Shown piece after piece: positions 39,400 to 48,165 of a stretch of 64,000 bases of DNA (positions within the stretch are counted from its first letter, which is position 1; every line of letters starts with the position of its first letter). The stretch spans positions 31,558 to 95,557 of the forward strand of contig QQNF01000007.1 in assembly GCA_003402705.1 (NCBI GenBank). Reading direction: 5' to 3'. Below the pieces are notes generated by a model. That model saw nothing but the letters and a program-made list of their open reading frames with translations, searched no databases and was not told where the DNA came from. The position numbers were made by a program, and so were the translations under genes. This DNA comes from Verrucomicrobiota bacterium (GTDB lineage Bacteria; Verrucomicrobiota; Verrucomicrobiia; Verrucomicrobiales; V1-33).

Positions 39400-41516
39400 G
39401 ACTCCACCAGTCTGCCTGTTAGCCACTCGGGAATCGATTCCTGACAACGCTGCGCCTTGTCCCCGCCTCTCGCAATCGCATTCGTCAGCGCGGCATCCAG
39501 CACCCGGGCCTTCACGTTGTCCGCCCACTGCAACTCCAGATAATGCACCAGTTCGTCCCTCAGTTCCTCGTCCAGCACCGGCACAATGATCTCGAACCGG
39601 CTGTCGAAATTCCGCGGCAGAAAATCCGCAGATGACAGAAACACTCTCGGATTCCCGCTGTTCCCAAACACAAACAGCCGACTGTGCTCCAGACATCCAT
39701 CCACAATCGATCTCCCCTCAATGCTCCCGCTCACACTCGGATGCCCTGCCGCCACAGAGAACATGCTCCGCACCATCAACCGCACCTCCACCCCCGCCGC
39801 CGCCGCATCATAAAGCAGCGCCGTCATCTCCGGATCCGCCAGATTGTTCAGCTTCAGAAACACCGACGCCTTCCCACCCGCTTTCGCCACCGCCGTCTCA
39901 TGCCGGATCATCGAACCAATCACTGTCCTCAGCTGGAACGGTGCCGCCACCAGATGATTCAGCACCGGCGGCAGCCAGTTTGTCTCGAAAAACCGGAAGC
40001 TCTCCACAATGTCCACCCCGATCCCGTGATGCGCCGTCAGCAGCAGATGGTCCGTGTAGAACCTCGCCGTGTCCTCGTTGAAGTTCCCTGTCCCTAACGC
40101 ACTGTAATGCCGCGGCTCTCCATGCTCGTTCCGCGTCACCACACACATCTTGGCGTGCACTTTCAACCCAGGAACTCCCAGAATCACCCGGATCCCCGCA
40201 TCCTGATACCGCTGCGCCCAGCTGATGTTCTGCTGCTCGTCAAACCTCGCCTGCGGCTCCACCAGCACTGTCACTTCCTTGCCGTTCTGCGCCGCCGTGA
40301 TCAGCGCACTCGCCACACTCGAATGCCTCGCCAGCCGGTACTGCGTCAGCCGGATGCTGTCCACAAACGGATCCAGACTCGCTTCCCTCAGGAAATCCAG
40401 AAACAGACTGCACGAATGCCACGGCAGATGCAGCAGCACGTCGCCTTCCTGCAGGGTCCGGAAGATACTCTCGCGGTCGCCACTCAACACCCGGTGCGGC
40501 AACCGCCGCGGCGGCTCGGCCTTCATCGCAGCCGGCACCGGAAACTGCACAAGGTCACGCCGGTTATGATAGCGCCCGCCCGGCAGCAGCGTCGGCTCGT
40601 CACCTAGCCGCAACTTGTCCGTCAGCAGCTCCAGAAACGGCTTCGGAATCCCCCCGTCGTAATTCATCCGCACCGGTGCCCCCGTCCGCCGCGCCTTCAA
40701 TCCCTCCGCAATCCTATCATACAGGCTTGCCGTGAAATCATCGTCAAACTCCAGCTCCGCATCCCGCGTGAACTTGATCGCCCACGCATCAAACTGCGTG
40801 TACGGCAACCCCGTAAACAGGCTCGGCATCCCAAACCGGATGATGTCGTCCAGACACATCACAATCCGCTCCCCTCTGTGCTCCGGCAACGTCACATACC
40901 GCGGCAGCTCAGGCACCGGAATCCGGATCAGCGCATGCGCCTCACGCCCCTTCCGATCATGCCGCCCCAACTCCACCGCCAGATACATCGACGTGTCCGC
41001 CAGTGTCTCAAACCGACTGTACGAACGCACCATCACCGGCATGATGTGCGGCCTCACCGACTCGAAAAAATACTCGTAGAGCCAGTCCCACAACGGCCGC
41101 GGCACATCCTTCTCGTTCACCAGCCGCACCCCAGCCTTCGCCATCGCCCTCAGAATATCCCGGTACACCGCATCAAACTGCAATCCATCCCGCCGGATCA
41201 ACCGCCGCGCTTCCCTCAGGGTCTCCCGAGGATCCGGCAGCCGCAGCTTCCCGTAATCCTTCCCCAGCAGCACCAACCGCCTCAAGGTCGCCATCCGCAC
41301 CCGGAAAAACTCATCCAGATTCGACGAATAAATCCCCAGAAACTTCAACCGCTCCCCAAGCGGCAGCCTCCCATCCGCCGCCTCCTGCAGCACCCGCGAA
41401 TTGAACGCAAGCCAACTCATCTCCTTGCTGCGGAATGGAATGCCGTCGACGACCGGAAATTTCATGAGTTGGTTGGGAATCAGCACCCTCCATACCCAGC
41501 CCCCCACCGATGACAA
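39396..41516 (-). CDS. ppk: Polyphosphate kinase 1
   Basis: EMSWLAFNSRVLQEA, LKFLGIYSSNLDEFFRVR, two HKD-like C-terminal domains (KVHAKMCVV). A more likely ATG is at 41465. Confidence 0.9.
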   Translation of the reverse strand: MSSVGGWVWRVLIPNQLMKFPVVDGIPFRSKEMSWLAFNSRVLQEAADGRLPLGERLKFLGIYSSNLDEFFRVRMATLRRLVLLGKDYGKLRLPDPRETLREARRLIRRDGLQFDAVYRDILRAMAKAGVRLVNEKDVPRPLWDWLYEYFFESVRPHIMPVMVRSYSRFETLADTSMYLAVELGRHDRKGREAHALIRIPVPELPRYVTLPEHRGERIVMCLDDIIRFGMPSLFTGLPYTQFDAWAIKFTRDAELEFDDDFTASLYDRIAEGLKARRTGAPVRMNYDGGIPKPFLELLTDKLRLGDEPTLLPGGRYHNRRDLVQFPVPAAMKAEPPRRLPHRVLSGDRESIFRTLQEGDVLLHLPWHSCSLFLDFLREASLDPFVDSIRLTQYRLARHSSVASALITAAQNGKEVTVLVEPQARFDEQQNISWAQRYQDAGIRVILGVPGLKVHAKMCVVTRNEHGEPRHYSALGTGNFNEDTARFYTDHLLLTAHHGIGVDIVESFRFFETNWLPPVLNHLVAAPFQLRTVIGSMIRHETAVAKAGGKASVFLKLNNLADPEMTALLYDAAAAGVEVRLMVRSMFSVAAGHPSVSGSIEGRSIVDGCLEHSRLFVFGNSGNPRVFLSSADFLPRNFDSRFEIIVPVLDEELRDELVHYLELQWADNVKARVLDAALTNAIARGGDKAQRCQESIPEWLTGRLVES

Positions 41517-41553
41517 ACCGCGTACTGTGACAATTTCACCCGTCCCTCAACCC

Positions 41554-41877
41554 ATGTCCACCCCGCCCCTCAGCATCCTCCTCACCTCGTTCCCCGACTC
41601 TGCCTCCGCCCAATTCGCCGCCACCTCGCTCGTCACCGAACACCTCGCCGCCTGCGTCCAGATCCTCCCAGGCATCACCTCCGTCTACTCATGGCAGGGA
41701 TCCCTCGAATCCTCCTCCGAGGTCCTCGTCATCATCAAAACCTCCGCCTCTTCCGCCACCGCCGCTCTCGACCGACTCCGCGCTCTCCACCCCTACGAGG
41801 TCCCCGAACTCGTCACCCTCGACGCCTCCGCCGCCGAACCCTACCTCCAATGGGTCACCTCCCACTGCTCTCCGTAA
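41554..41877 (+). CDS. cutA: Divalent-cation tolerance protein CutA
   Basis: LAACVQILPGITSVYSWQGSLESSSEVLVIIKT and HPYEVPELV are CutA1 signatures. ATG at 41554. Confidence 0.8.
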   Translation: MSTPPLSILLTSFPDSASAQFAATSLVTEHLAACVQILPGITSVYSWQGSLESSSEVLVIIKTSASSATAALDRLRALHPYEVPELVTLDASAAEPYLQWVTSHCSP

Positions 41878-41905
41878 GGTTCCCGCCTCCCACTCCGTTT
41901 CTCCC

Positions 41906-44900
41906 ATGATGCCCACGCCTCCGCGCCTCATTCTCATCCTCGTCTCCGCCGCCGCCGCCACGGCCGCAGAACCCGCTCCGGACTTCGCCAAGGACGTCCG
42001 CCCCATCCTTTCCAACCACTGCTTCAAATGCCACGGCCCCGACGAGGAAGGCCGCAAAGGCGAGCTCCGGCTCGACGTCCGTTCCGCCGCCCTCGAACCC
42101 GCCAAAAGCGGCGCCCGCGCCATCGTCCCCTCCAACCCCGACGCCAGCGAGGCCATCACCCGCATCCTCTCCGACGACCCGGACGAGGTCATGCCGCCAC
42201 CCGCCACCAAACACCCGCTCACCGCTCCCCAGAAAGAAACCCTCCGCCGCTGGATCGCCTCCGGTGCCGCCTACTCGGAACACTGGGCCTTCTCCGCCCC
42301 TCAGCGTCCCACCCCGCCCGCCTCTCTCCCCAACCCCATCGACGCCTTCGTCCTCGCCCGCCTCAAAGCCGAGAATCTCTCCCCTTCTCCGCCCGCCGAC
42401 CCCGCCACGCTCCTCCGCAGGGTCTCCCTCGACCTCATCGGTCTCCCACCATCCCCGGAAGAAACCGCCGCCTTCGTCGAGTCCGGCGGCAAGGACTACG
42501 AGGCCGCCGTCGACCGTCTCCTCGCCTCACCTCAATATGGCGAACGCTGGGCCCGCAAATGGCTCGACCTCGCCCGCTACGCCGACACCAACGGCTACGA
42601 AAAAGACCGCGGCCGCACCATCTGGCCATACCGCGACTGGGTCGTCCGTTCCCTCAACACCGACATGCCGTTCGATCAATTCACCGTCGAACAACTTGCC
42701 GGCGATCTCCTCCCCAACCCCACCCCGGACCAGATCGTCGCCACCGGGTTCCACCGGAATACCATGCTCAATGAGGAAGGCGGCATCGACCCGCTCGAAT
42801 TCCGCTTCCGCGCCATGACCGACCGCGTCTCCACCACCGGAGCCGCATGGCTAGGCCTGACTCTTCAGTGCGCCCAGTGCCACACTCACAAATACGACCC
42901 CATCCAGCACCGCGAATACTATCAGATCATGGCGTTCCTCAACAACACCGAGGAACCCGACTACCTCATCCGCCCGCCAGACGCTGAATCCGAACTCACC
43001 AAACGCGCCGCCCGCCGCGCCGCGCTCATCGCCGCCCTCCCCGACCAGTGGCCCGCCGGCAACGTCTCATGGAAAGCCTCTCCTATCAATTCCTTCACCG
43101 GCACCGGTGAAACCGGCACCATCCAGCCCGACGGCAGTGTCCTCTTCAAATCCCCAGGCCCGGACCGCTCGGACGTCACCTTCGAAGTGACCACCGGCAC
43201 CGAACCATTCTCCCACCTGCGCCTCGAAACGCTCGCCGATCCTTCCCTCCCCGCCAACGGCCCCGGCCGCACCCCGCACGGCAACTTCGTCCTCAGCGAA
43301 CTCACCCTCACCATCGACGGCAAACCGGTCGCCTTCTCCGCCGCCGAAGCCTCCGCTCAGCAAAAGGGCTATCCCATTTCCCACGCCATCGACGGCGATT
43401 TCAACAACGGCTGGGCCGTCCACGAAGAAGGCAAAACCCTCAATCAGCACCAGTGGGCCTCCTTCCGTCTCGCCTCGCCCATCGCCAGCCCCTCCGGCAA
43501 AGTCACGGTACGTCTCAGTTCCAATCACGGCGGCCATCACTCCCCCGGCCGCATCCGCTTCAGCACCGGCACTTCCACCCCCGGAGCCAGCCCGCGCGAC
43601 GCCGCAGAAAAGGCCTTCCTCTCATGGCTCGGCAACACGCGCCCGCGCACCACACCATGGTCACCCGCAAAACCAGTTAGCGCCACTTCCAATTCCCCGC
43701 TCCTCACCATCCTCCCGGACCAATCCATCCTCGCCAGCGGCGACATCACCAAGGCCGACACCTACGAGGTCACGGTCTCCTCGCCTCTCAAAAACATCAC
43801 CGCCGTCAGGCTCGAAGCTCTCCCCGACGACTCCCTCCCTAGCAACGGCCCGGGCATGGCCTACTACGAGGGCCCCAAGGGCGACTTCTTCATGGGCGAA
43901 TTCCGACTCATGCTAGGCGGTCAGCCTGTCCGCTTCGCCTCCGCCTCCGAGAGCTACGGCAAAAACAACTTCGGCGGTTCCGCCTCCGCCGCCCTCGCCA
44001 TCGACGGCGACGCCCAGACCGGATGGAGCACCGCCGGAGCAGAGGGCCGCCCTCACGAAGCCGTCTTCGTCCTCGAAAAACCCATCACCCCCACCGACGG
44101 CCAACTCTCTCTTCAACTCGTCTTCGGTCGCCACTACGCCTGCTCGCTCGGTCGCTTCCGCATCTCCTTCACTTCCGCAGAAGGTGCCACCGCCTCCCAG
44201 CTCGACGGCGAAACTCAGGCGCTCCTCAGCATCCCGCACCCGGAACTCTCCGACGCCAACCGCGCCAAGCTCCGCCAAGCCTTCCTCCTCAATGCCCCGG
44301 AACTCGCCGCCGCGCGCAACGAAATCAACGCCCTCGCCAATCTCCCCGCATGGCAACCCACGCTCGCCATGCGCGAACGCCCTGCCTCCAACCCGCGCCC
44401 GACGTTCATCCACCACCGCGGCGAATACACTCAGCCGAAAGACAAGGTCGAGGCAGGCGTCCCTGCCTTCCTCCCCGCTCTCCCGCCCGACGCCCCCGCT
44501 AACCGTCTCTCCTTCGCCCGCTGGCTCGTCAGCCGCAATCACCCGCTAACCGCCCGCGTCGTCGTCAACCGCCACTGGGCTTCCTTCTTCGGTCGCGGTC
44601 TCGTCAAAACCGAAGAAGACTTTGGCTACCAAGGCGACCTCCCCACCCACCCCGACCTCCTCGACTGGCTCGCCGTCGAATTCATGGAATCCGGCTGGTC
44701 TCTCAAAAAACTCCACCGGCTCATCGCCACCAGCGCCACCTACCGCCAATCCTCACGCGTCACCGGCCCCGCCGCCTCGCGCGACGCCGAAAACCTTCTC
44801 CTCTGGCGCGGCCCTCGCCACCGTCTCGAAGCCGAACAAATCCGCGACAGCGCCCTCAAGGTCACCGGGCTCCTCTCCCTCAAAGCCGGCGGCCCCGGCG

Positions 44901-45412
44901 TCTTCCCACCCCAACCCGCAGGCGTCACCACCGAAGGCACCTACGGTGCCATGTCATGGGCCACCAGCTCCGGCGAAGACCGCTACCGCCGCAGTCTCTA
45001 CACGTTCGTCAAACGCACCGCCCCCTTCGCCATGGGCGCCACCTTCGACGCCCCCAGCGGCGAAGCCTGCGTCGCCCGACGCGATGTCTCCAACACTCCC
45101 CTCCAGTCCCTCACGCTTCTCAACGACGTCATGTTCATGGAAGCCGCTCAGGCCATGGCCGCCAACGTCGCCCCAACCCGCGAATCCCCCGACGCCAAAC
45201 TCCACAAGGTTTTCCTCCGAATCTTCTCACGCCCACCCACCACCGAGGAACTCACCGCCGCCTCACAATTCCTCGCCACCCAGCACGAACGCCTCACCTC
45301 CGGCAAACTCGACCCCGCCCAACTCTCGGGCACCAACGACCCCGCCCGCGCCGCATGGACCCTCCTCATCCGCGCCCTCCTCAACACCGACGAGTTCGTC
45401 ACCAATCACTGA
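41906..45412 (+). CDS. PSCyt1/PSCyt2(DUF1549)/PSD1(DUF1553) family protein (planctomycete-type cytochrome-c-like)
   Basis: CFKCHGPDEEGRKGELRLD (CxxCH), RRVSLDLIGLPPSPEE, CAQCHTHKYDPI, C-terminal RRSLYTFVKRTAPFAMGATFDAP. Confidence 0.85.
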   Translation: MMPTPPRLILILVSAAAATAAEPAPDFAKDVRPILSNHCFKCHGPDEEGRKGELRLDVRSAALEPAKSGARAIVPSNPDASEAITRILSDDPDEVMPPPATKHPLTAPQKETLRRWIASGAAYSEHWAFSAPQRPTPPASLPNPIDAFVLARLKAENLSPSPPADPATLLRRVSLDLIGLPPSPEETAAFVESGGKDYEAAVDRLLASPQYGERWARKWLDLARYADTNGYEKDRGRTIWPYRDWVVRSLNTDMPFDQFTVEQLAGDLLPNPTPDQIVATGFHRNTMLNEEGGIDPLEFRFRAMTDRVSTTGAAWLGLTLQCAQCHTHKYDPIQHREYYQIMAFLNNTEEPDYLIRPPDAESELTKRAARRAALIAALPDQWPAGNVSWKASPINSFTGTGETGTIQPDGSVLFKSPGPDRSDVTFEVTTGTEPFSHLRLETLADPSLPANGPGRTPHGNFVLSELTLTIDGKPVAFSAAEASAQQKGYPISHAIDGDFNNGWAVHEEGKTLNQHQWASFRLASPIASPSGKVTVRLSSNHGGHHSPGRIRFSTGTSTPGASPRDAAEKAFLSWLGNTRPRTTPWSPAKPVSATSNSPLLTILPDQSILASGDITKADTYEVTVSSPLKNITAVRLEALPDDSLPSNGPGMAYYEGPKGDFFMGEFRLMLGGQPVRFASASESYGKNNFGGSASAALAIDGDAQTGWSTAGAEGRPHEAVFVLEKPITPTDGQLSLQLVFGRHYACSLGRFRISFTSAEGATASQLDGETQALLSIPHPELSDANRAKLRQAFLLNAPELAAARNEINALANLPAWQPTLAMRERPASNPRPTFIHHRGEYTQPKDKVEAGVPAFLPALPPDAPANRLSFARWLVSRNHPLTARVVVNRHWASFFGRGLVKTEEDFGYQGDLPTHPDLLDWLAVEFMESGWSLKKLHRLIATSATYRQSSRVTGPAASRDAENLLLWRGPRHRLEAEQIRDSALKVTGLLSLKAGGPGVFPPQPAGVTTEGTYGAMSWATSSGEDRYRRSLYTFVKRTAPFAMGATFDAPSGEACVARRDVSNTPLQSLTLLNDVMFMEAAQAMAANVAPTRESPDAKLHKVFLRIFSRPPTTEELTAASQFLATQHERLTSGKLDPAQLSGTNDPARAAWTLLIRALLNTDEFVTNH

Positions 45413-45455
45413 TATCCCCACCGCACCGCTGAACCGTCGGAATCGCCCCTCTTTG

Positions 45456-45474
45456 CAAGGGCGTCTCGCCCTTG
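45456..45474 (+). terminator. 8-bp GC hairpin after the PSCyt/DUF1553 gene
   Basis: caagggcg-tct-cgcccttg, followed by only a weak T tract. Confidence 0.3.
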
Positions 45475-45548
45475 TCTCCACCCAAGCCAGCCACCCGCCG
45501 ATCCCACCTGTTGCCATCCAGCGAAAGACTGAGCACAGTCTACCCATA

Positions 45549-46931
45549 ATGCTCACCTCCCTGCACATCAAGAACTTCAAAGCTTGGAAGGACACCGGCG
45601 AGGTCCCGCTGGCACCGCTGACGGTGATTTTTGGAGCCAACAGTGCCGGGAAGTCCAGCCTCGGGCATCTCCTCCTTGCTCTGAAACAAACCGCCCTCTC
45701 CTCCGACCGCAGAAGGGCTCTGCACTTGGGCGATCAAAACACGCTCATTGACTTGGGAACGTTTGAAGACTGTTTGCACGCCCATGATCTCAGCCAGGCG
45801 CTGGCATTTGACCTGAAATGGGCTCTGCCTGAAGATATTGTGGTGAAGAATCCACTGACGGGTGACAAATTCAACGGCAGCAAGATGTCTCTGTCTGTGA
45901 AGCTATCCGCCAATAAATCAGGGCAGCCCGAAGCCACGGCCATTCGCTACGTACTGGGCGAAGACGGCGAATCCTCATTGGATACTGAGTTTTCCCGTGA
46001 CAGCAAAGGATCCTACAGCCTGAAATCGTCCAGATACGGATTTACCCGGACCCAAGGGCGCATCTGGCCCCTTGATGCTCCCGAAAAGTTTTACCGAATT
46101 TCCGATACCACCCGGGCGAGATTTCAGAATGCCGGCTTTCTCGCCGATTTCGCGCTGTCGACGGAGCAAATGCTCACCGGGCTCTATTTTCTGGGACCGC
46201 TCCGAGATCACCCCCGACGAACCTATCAGTGGTCAGGTGACACCCCTGAAGACGTTGGTTCACGCGGCGAATTCACCATCCCGGCCATCCTTGCGGCCGA
46301 TGCCCAGAACCGAAAACTGAACCGCGGAGTGAAGCAACGCCTTCAATCATTCCCGGAATTCATTGCAAGATGGCTGAAGGACCTTGGAATCATTGACAGC
46401 TTTAAGGTTAGGGCGGTCGCGGCTGGCCGCAAGGAGTACGAGGTCCTCATCAAGACAGGCCCCAAGTCGCCTGAGGTCAAGATTACCGACGTCGGCTTTG
46501 GGGTTTCCCAGGTTCTCCCGGCGCTGGTGCTTCCGTTCTATTGCCCCGCAAACTCCGTCGTCTGGATGGAACAGCCGGAAATCCATCTCCATCCCCAGGT
46601 GCAGGCTCAACTGGCCGATGTGTTCATCTCAGCAGTGCAGGCCCGTGAAGGGAATTTTGCCCGCAATGTTCAATTGATAGTTGAAAGCCATTCCGAGCAT
46701 TTCCTGAACAGGCTTCAGAGAAGGATTGCGGAAGGAAGCATCAAAACGGAGGAGGTGGCCATCTATTTTTGCAGGAAAACGGAGGGCGGCACGGAATTGG
46801 AGCCGCTAACGGTCAATATGTTCGGTGATATCGAGAACTGGCCGGAAAACTTCTTTGGAGATGAGATGGCTGATTTGACGGCGCGCACCGTGGCCGCCGC
46901 CGAGCAACGCAAAAGCCTTTCAGCCAAATGA
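45549..46931 (+). CDS. ABC/SMC-type AAA ATPase (AAA_15/AAA_21-like with a DUF3696-like C-terminal tail)
   Basis: Starts MLTSLHIKNFKAWKD. Walker A GANSAGKSS, Walker B/D-loop region VWMEQPEIHLHP, H-loop IVESHSEHF, tail DIENWPENFFGDE. The first 927 nt of the 769-aa track ORF (44622-45548) are an out-of-frame overlap with the upstream gene. Confidence 0.8.
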   Translation: MLTSLHIKNFKAWKDTGEVPLAPLTVIFGANSAGKSSLGHLLLALKQTALSSDRRRALHLGDQNTLIDLGTFEDCLHAHDLSQALAFDLKWALPEDIVVKNPLTGDKFNGSKMSLSVKLSANKSGQPEATAIRYVLGEDGESSLDTEFSRDSKGSYSLKSSRYGFTRTQGRIWPLDAPEKFYRISDTTRARFQNAGFLADFALSTEQMLTGLYFLGPLRDHPRRTYQWSGDTPEDVGSRGEFTIPAILAADAQNRKLNRGVKQRLQSFPEFIARWLKDLGIIDSFKVRAVAAGRKEYEVLIKTGPKSPEVKITDVGFGVSQVLPALVLPFYCPANSVVWMEQPEIHLHPQVQAQLADVFISAVQAREGNFARNVQLIVESHSEHFLNRLQRRIAEGSIKTEEVAIYFCRKTEGGTELEPLTVNMFGDIENWPENFFGDEMADLTARTVAAAEQRKSLSAK

Positions 46932-47434
46932 CCAGCATCGTCGACACCAATGTTATCCTGGTAGCGAACGGGCAGCATTCTGACGTGGACCCGGAATGCG
47001 TTGCTGAATGCGCGCTTCGGCTGCAGAACCTGATGACCAATGGCAGGATCGCATTGGACGATGCCTATGAGATCCTGCTCGAATATCAGAACAAAACCCT
47101 ACCAAAATCCGGAAACAGGCCCGGCGACGCCTTCGTGAAGTGGGCCCTCCAAAACAACCGGACCGTCTCCAAGTGTGACTTGGTGCCACTGGAAGTCCAC
47201 CCGGAGCGTGGTTATGTCAGTTTTCCCGATGATCCACAGCTGAAGGCCTTCGATCCCCCGGACAGGAAGTTCGTCGCGGTCTCGGCTGCGCACCCGGATC
47301 ATCCGCCGATCCTGCAGGCGGCAGACTCCAAATGGCTGGCATGGGAACCATCGTTGAAACAACATGGCGTCGAGGTTCAGTTTCTTTGCCCTGACGACAT
47401 TAGACGCTTCCGCGACAACAAAGCAGGCAAATGA
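46928..47434 (+). CDS. PIN-domain nuclease
   Basis: N-terminal IVDTNVILVA, with later acidic positions in PPDRKFVAVSAA and QAADSKW, matching the PIN four-acidic-residue pattern. ATGA overlap with the ATPase stop. Confidence 0.6.
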   Translation: MTSIVDTNVILVANGQHSDVDPECVAECALRLQNLMTNGRIALDDAYEILLEYQNKTLPKSGNRPGDAFVKWALQNNRTVSKCDLVPLEVHPERGYVSFPDDPQLKAFDPPDRKFVAVSAAHPDHPPILQAADSKWLAWEPSLKQHGVEVQFLCPDDIRRFRDNKAGK

Positions 47435-48165
47435 ATGAGTTCTACCGCTTCCCTCACACGCCGCACCTCGCATGGCTGGGTGAAGGAAGCCCGAGGGACG
47501 ACAAGGTGCTTTCCTCCCCCGAAAGGGAAGAACTTCTGAATGGTGACGTCTTGGTCGAGGAGAAACTCGATGGCGCAAATCTTGGGATCACCATCAATTC
47601 CCTGGGCTCGATCTGCGTTCAAAACCGCGGCCAATATCTTGAGCCTCCGTTCTCCGGACAGTTCGCCCGTCTGTCTTCGTGGCTGCCGCCTCGGGAAGAA
47701 ATAATGACGCGCGTACTCGGACCCAACCTCATCCTGTTTGGGGAATGGTGCGCCGCCCGCCACTCTCTCGACTACTTCACCCTGCCGGACTGGTTTCTCG
47801 CCTTCGATGTCTACGACAGGTCTGCCGGCCGATTCTGGAGCACCGCCAGACGGAATGAATTGGTCTCCAGACTTTCCATTCCGTTTGTCCCTGCCGTTTT
47901 CACTGGGAAGACGAGCATGCAGGAATTGCAGGCACTGCTTCTTCACACCAACAGCCAGTTCCGTCCGGGGCCACTTGAGGGTTTGGTCATCCGAAAGGAG
48001 AACGCCGATTGGCTGGAGGGCCGCGCCAAGTTGGTTCAGCCAAACTTCACCCAAGCCATCACTCAGCATTGGAGCCGCCGGGGCTTTGTGTGGAATCGGC
48101 TATCCACCCCTGAGCCGGTTTGTGGAGGCTCGCCCGCAGGCTCCGAGGCCGGAAAGTCCTCCTGA
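47431..48165 (+). CDS. ATP-dependent RNA ligase family protein (nucleotidyltransferase superfamily)
   Basis: Motif I EEKLDGANLG (KxDG), motif III LILFGEW, IIIa FLAFDVYD, IV EGLVIRKE, V GRAKLVQPNF. ATGA overlap with the PIN stop. Confidence 0.75.
   Translation: MNEFYRFPHTPHLAWLGEGSPRDDKVLSSPEREELLNGDVLVEEKLDGANLGITINSLGSICVQNRGQYLEPPFSGQFARLSSWLPPREEIMTRVLGPNLILFGEWCAARHSLDYFTLPDWFLAFDVYDRSAGRFWSTARRNELVSRLSIPFVPAVFTGKTSMQELQALLLHTNSQFRPGPLEGLVIRKENADWLEGRAKLVQPNFTQAITQHWSRRGFVWNRLSTPEPVCGGSPAGSEAGKSS

Noticed and set aside
44622-45548. N-terminal 309 codons of the 769-aa ORF 44622-46931
   Set aside because: This stretch is P/S/T-rich and lies out of frame inside the PSCyt/DUF1553 gene. The ATPase sequence begins at the ATG at 45549 (MLTSLHIKNFKAW).
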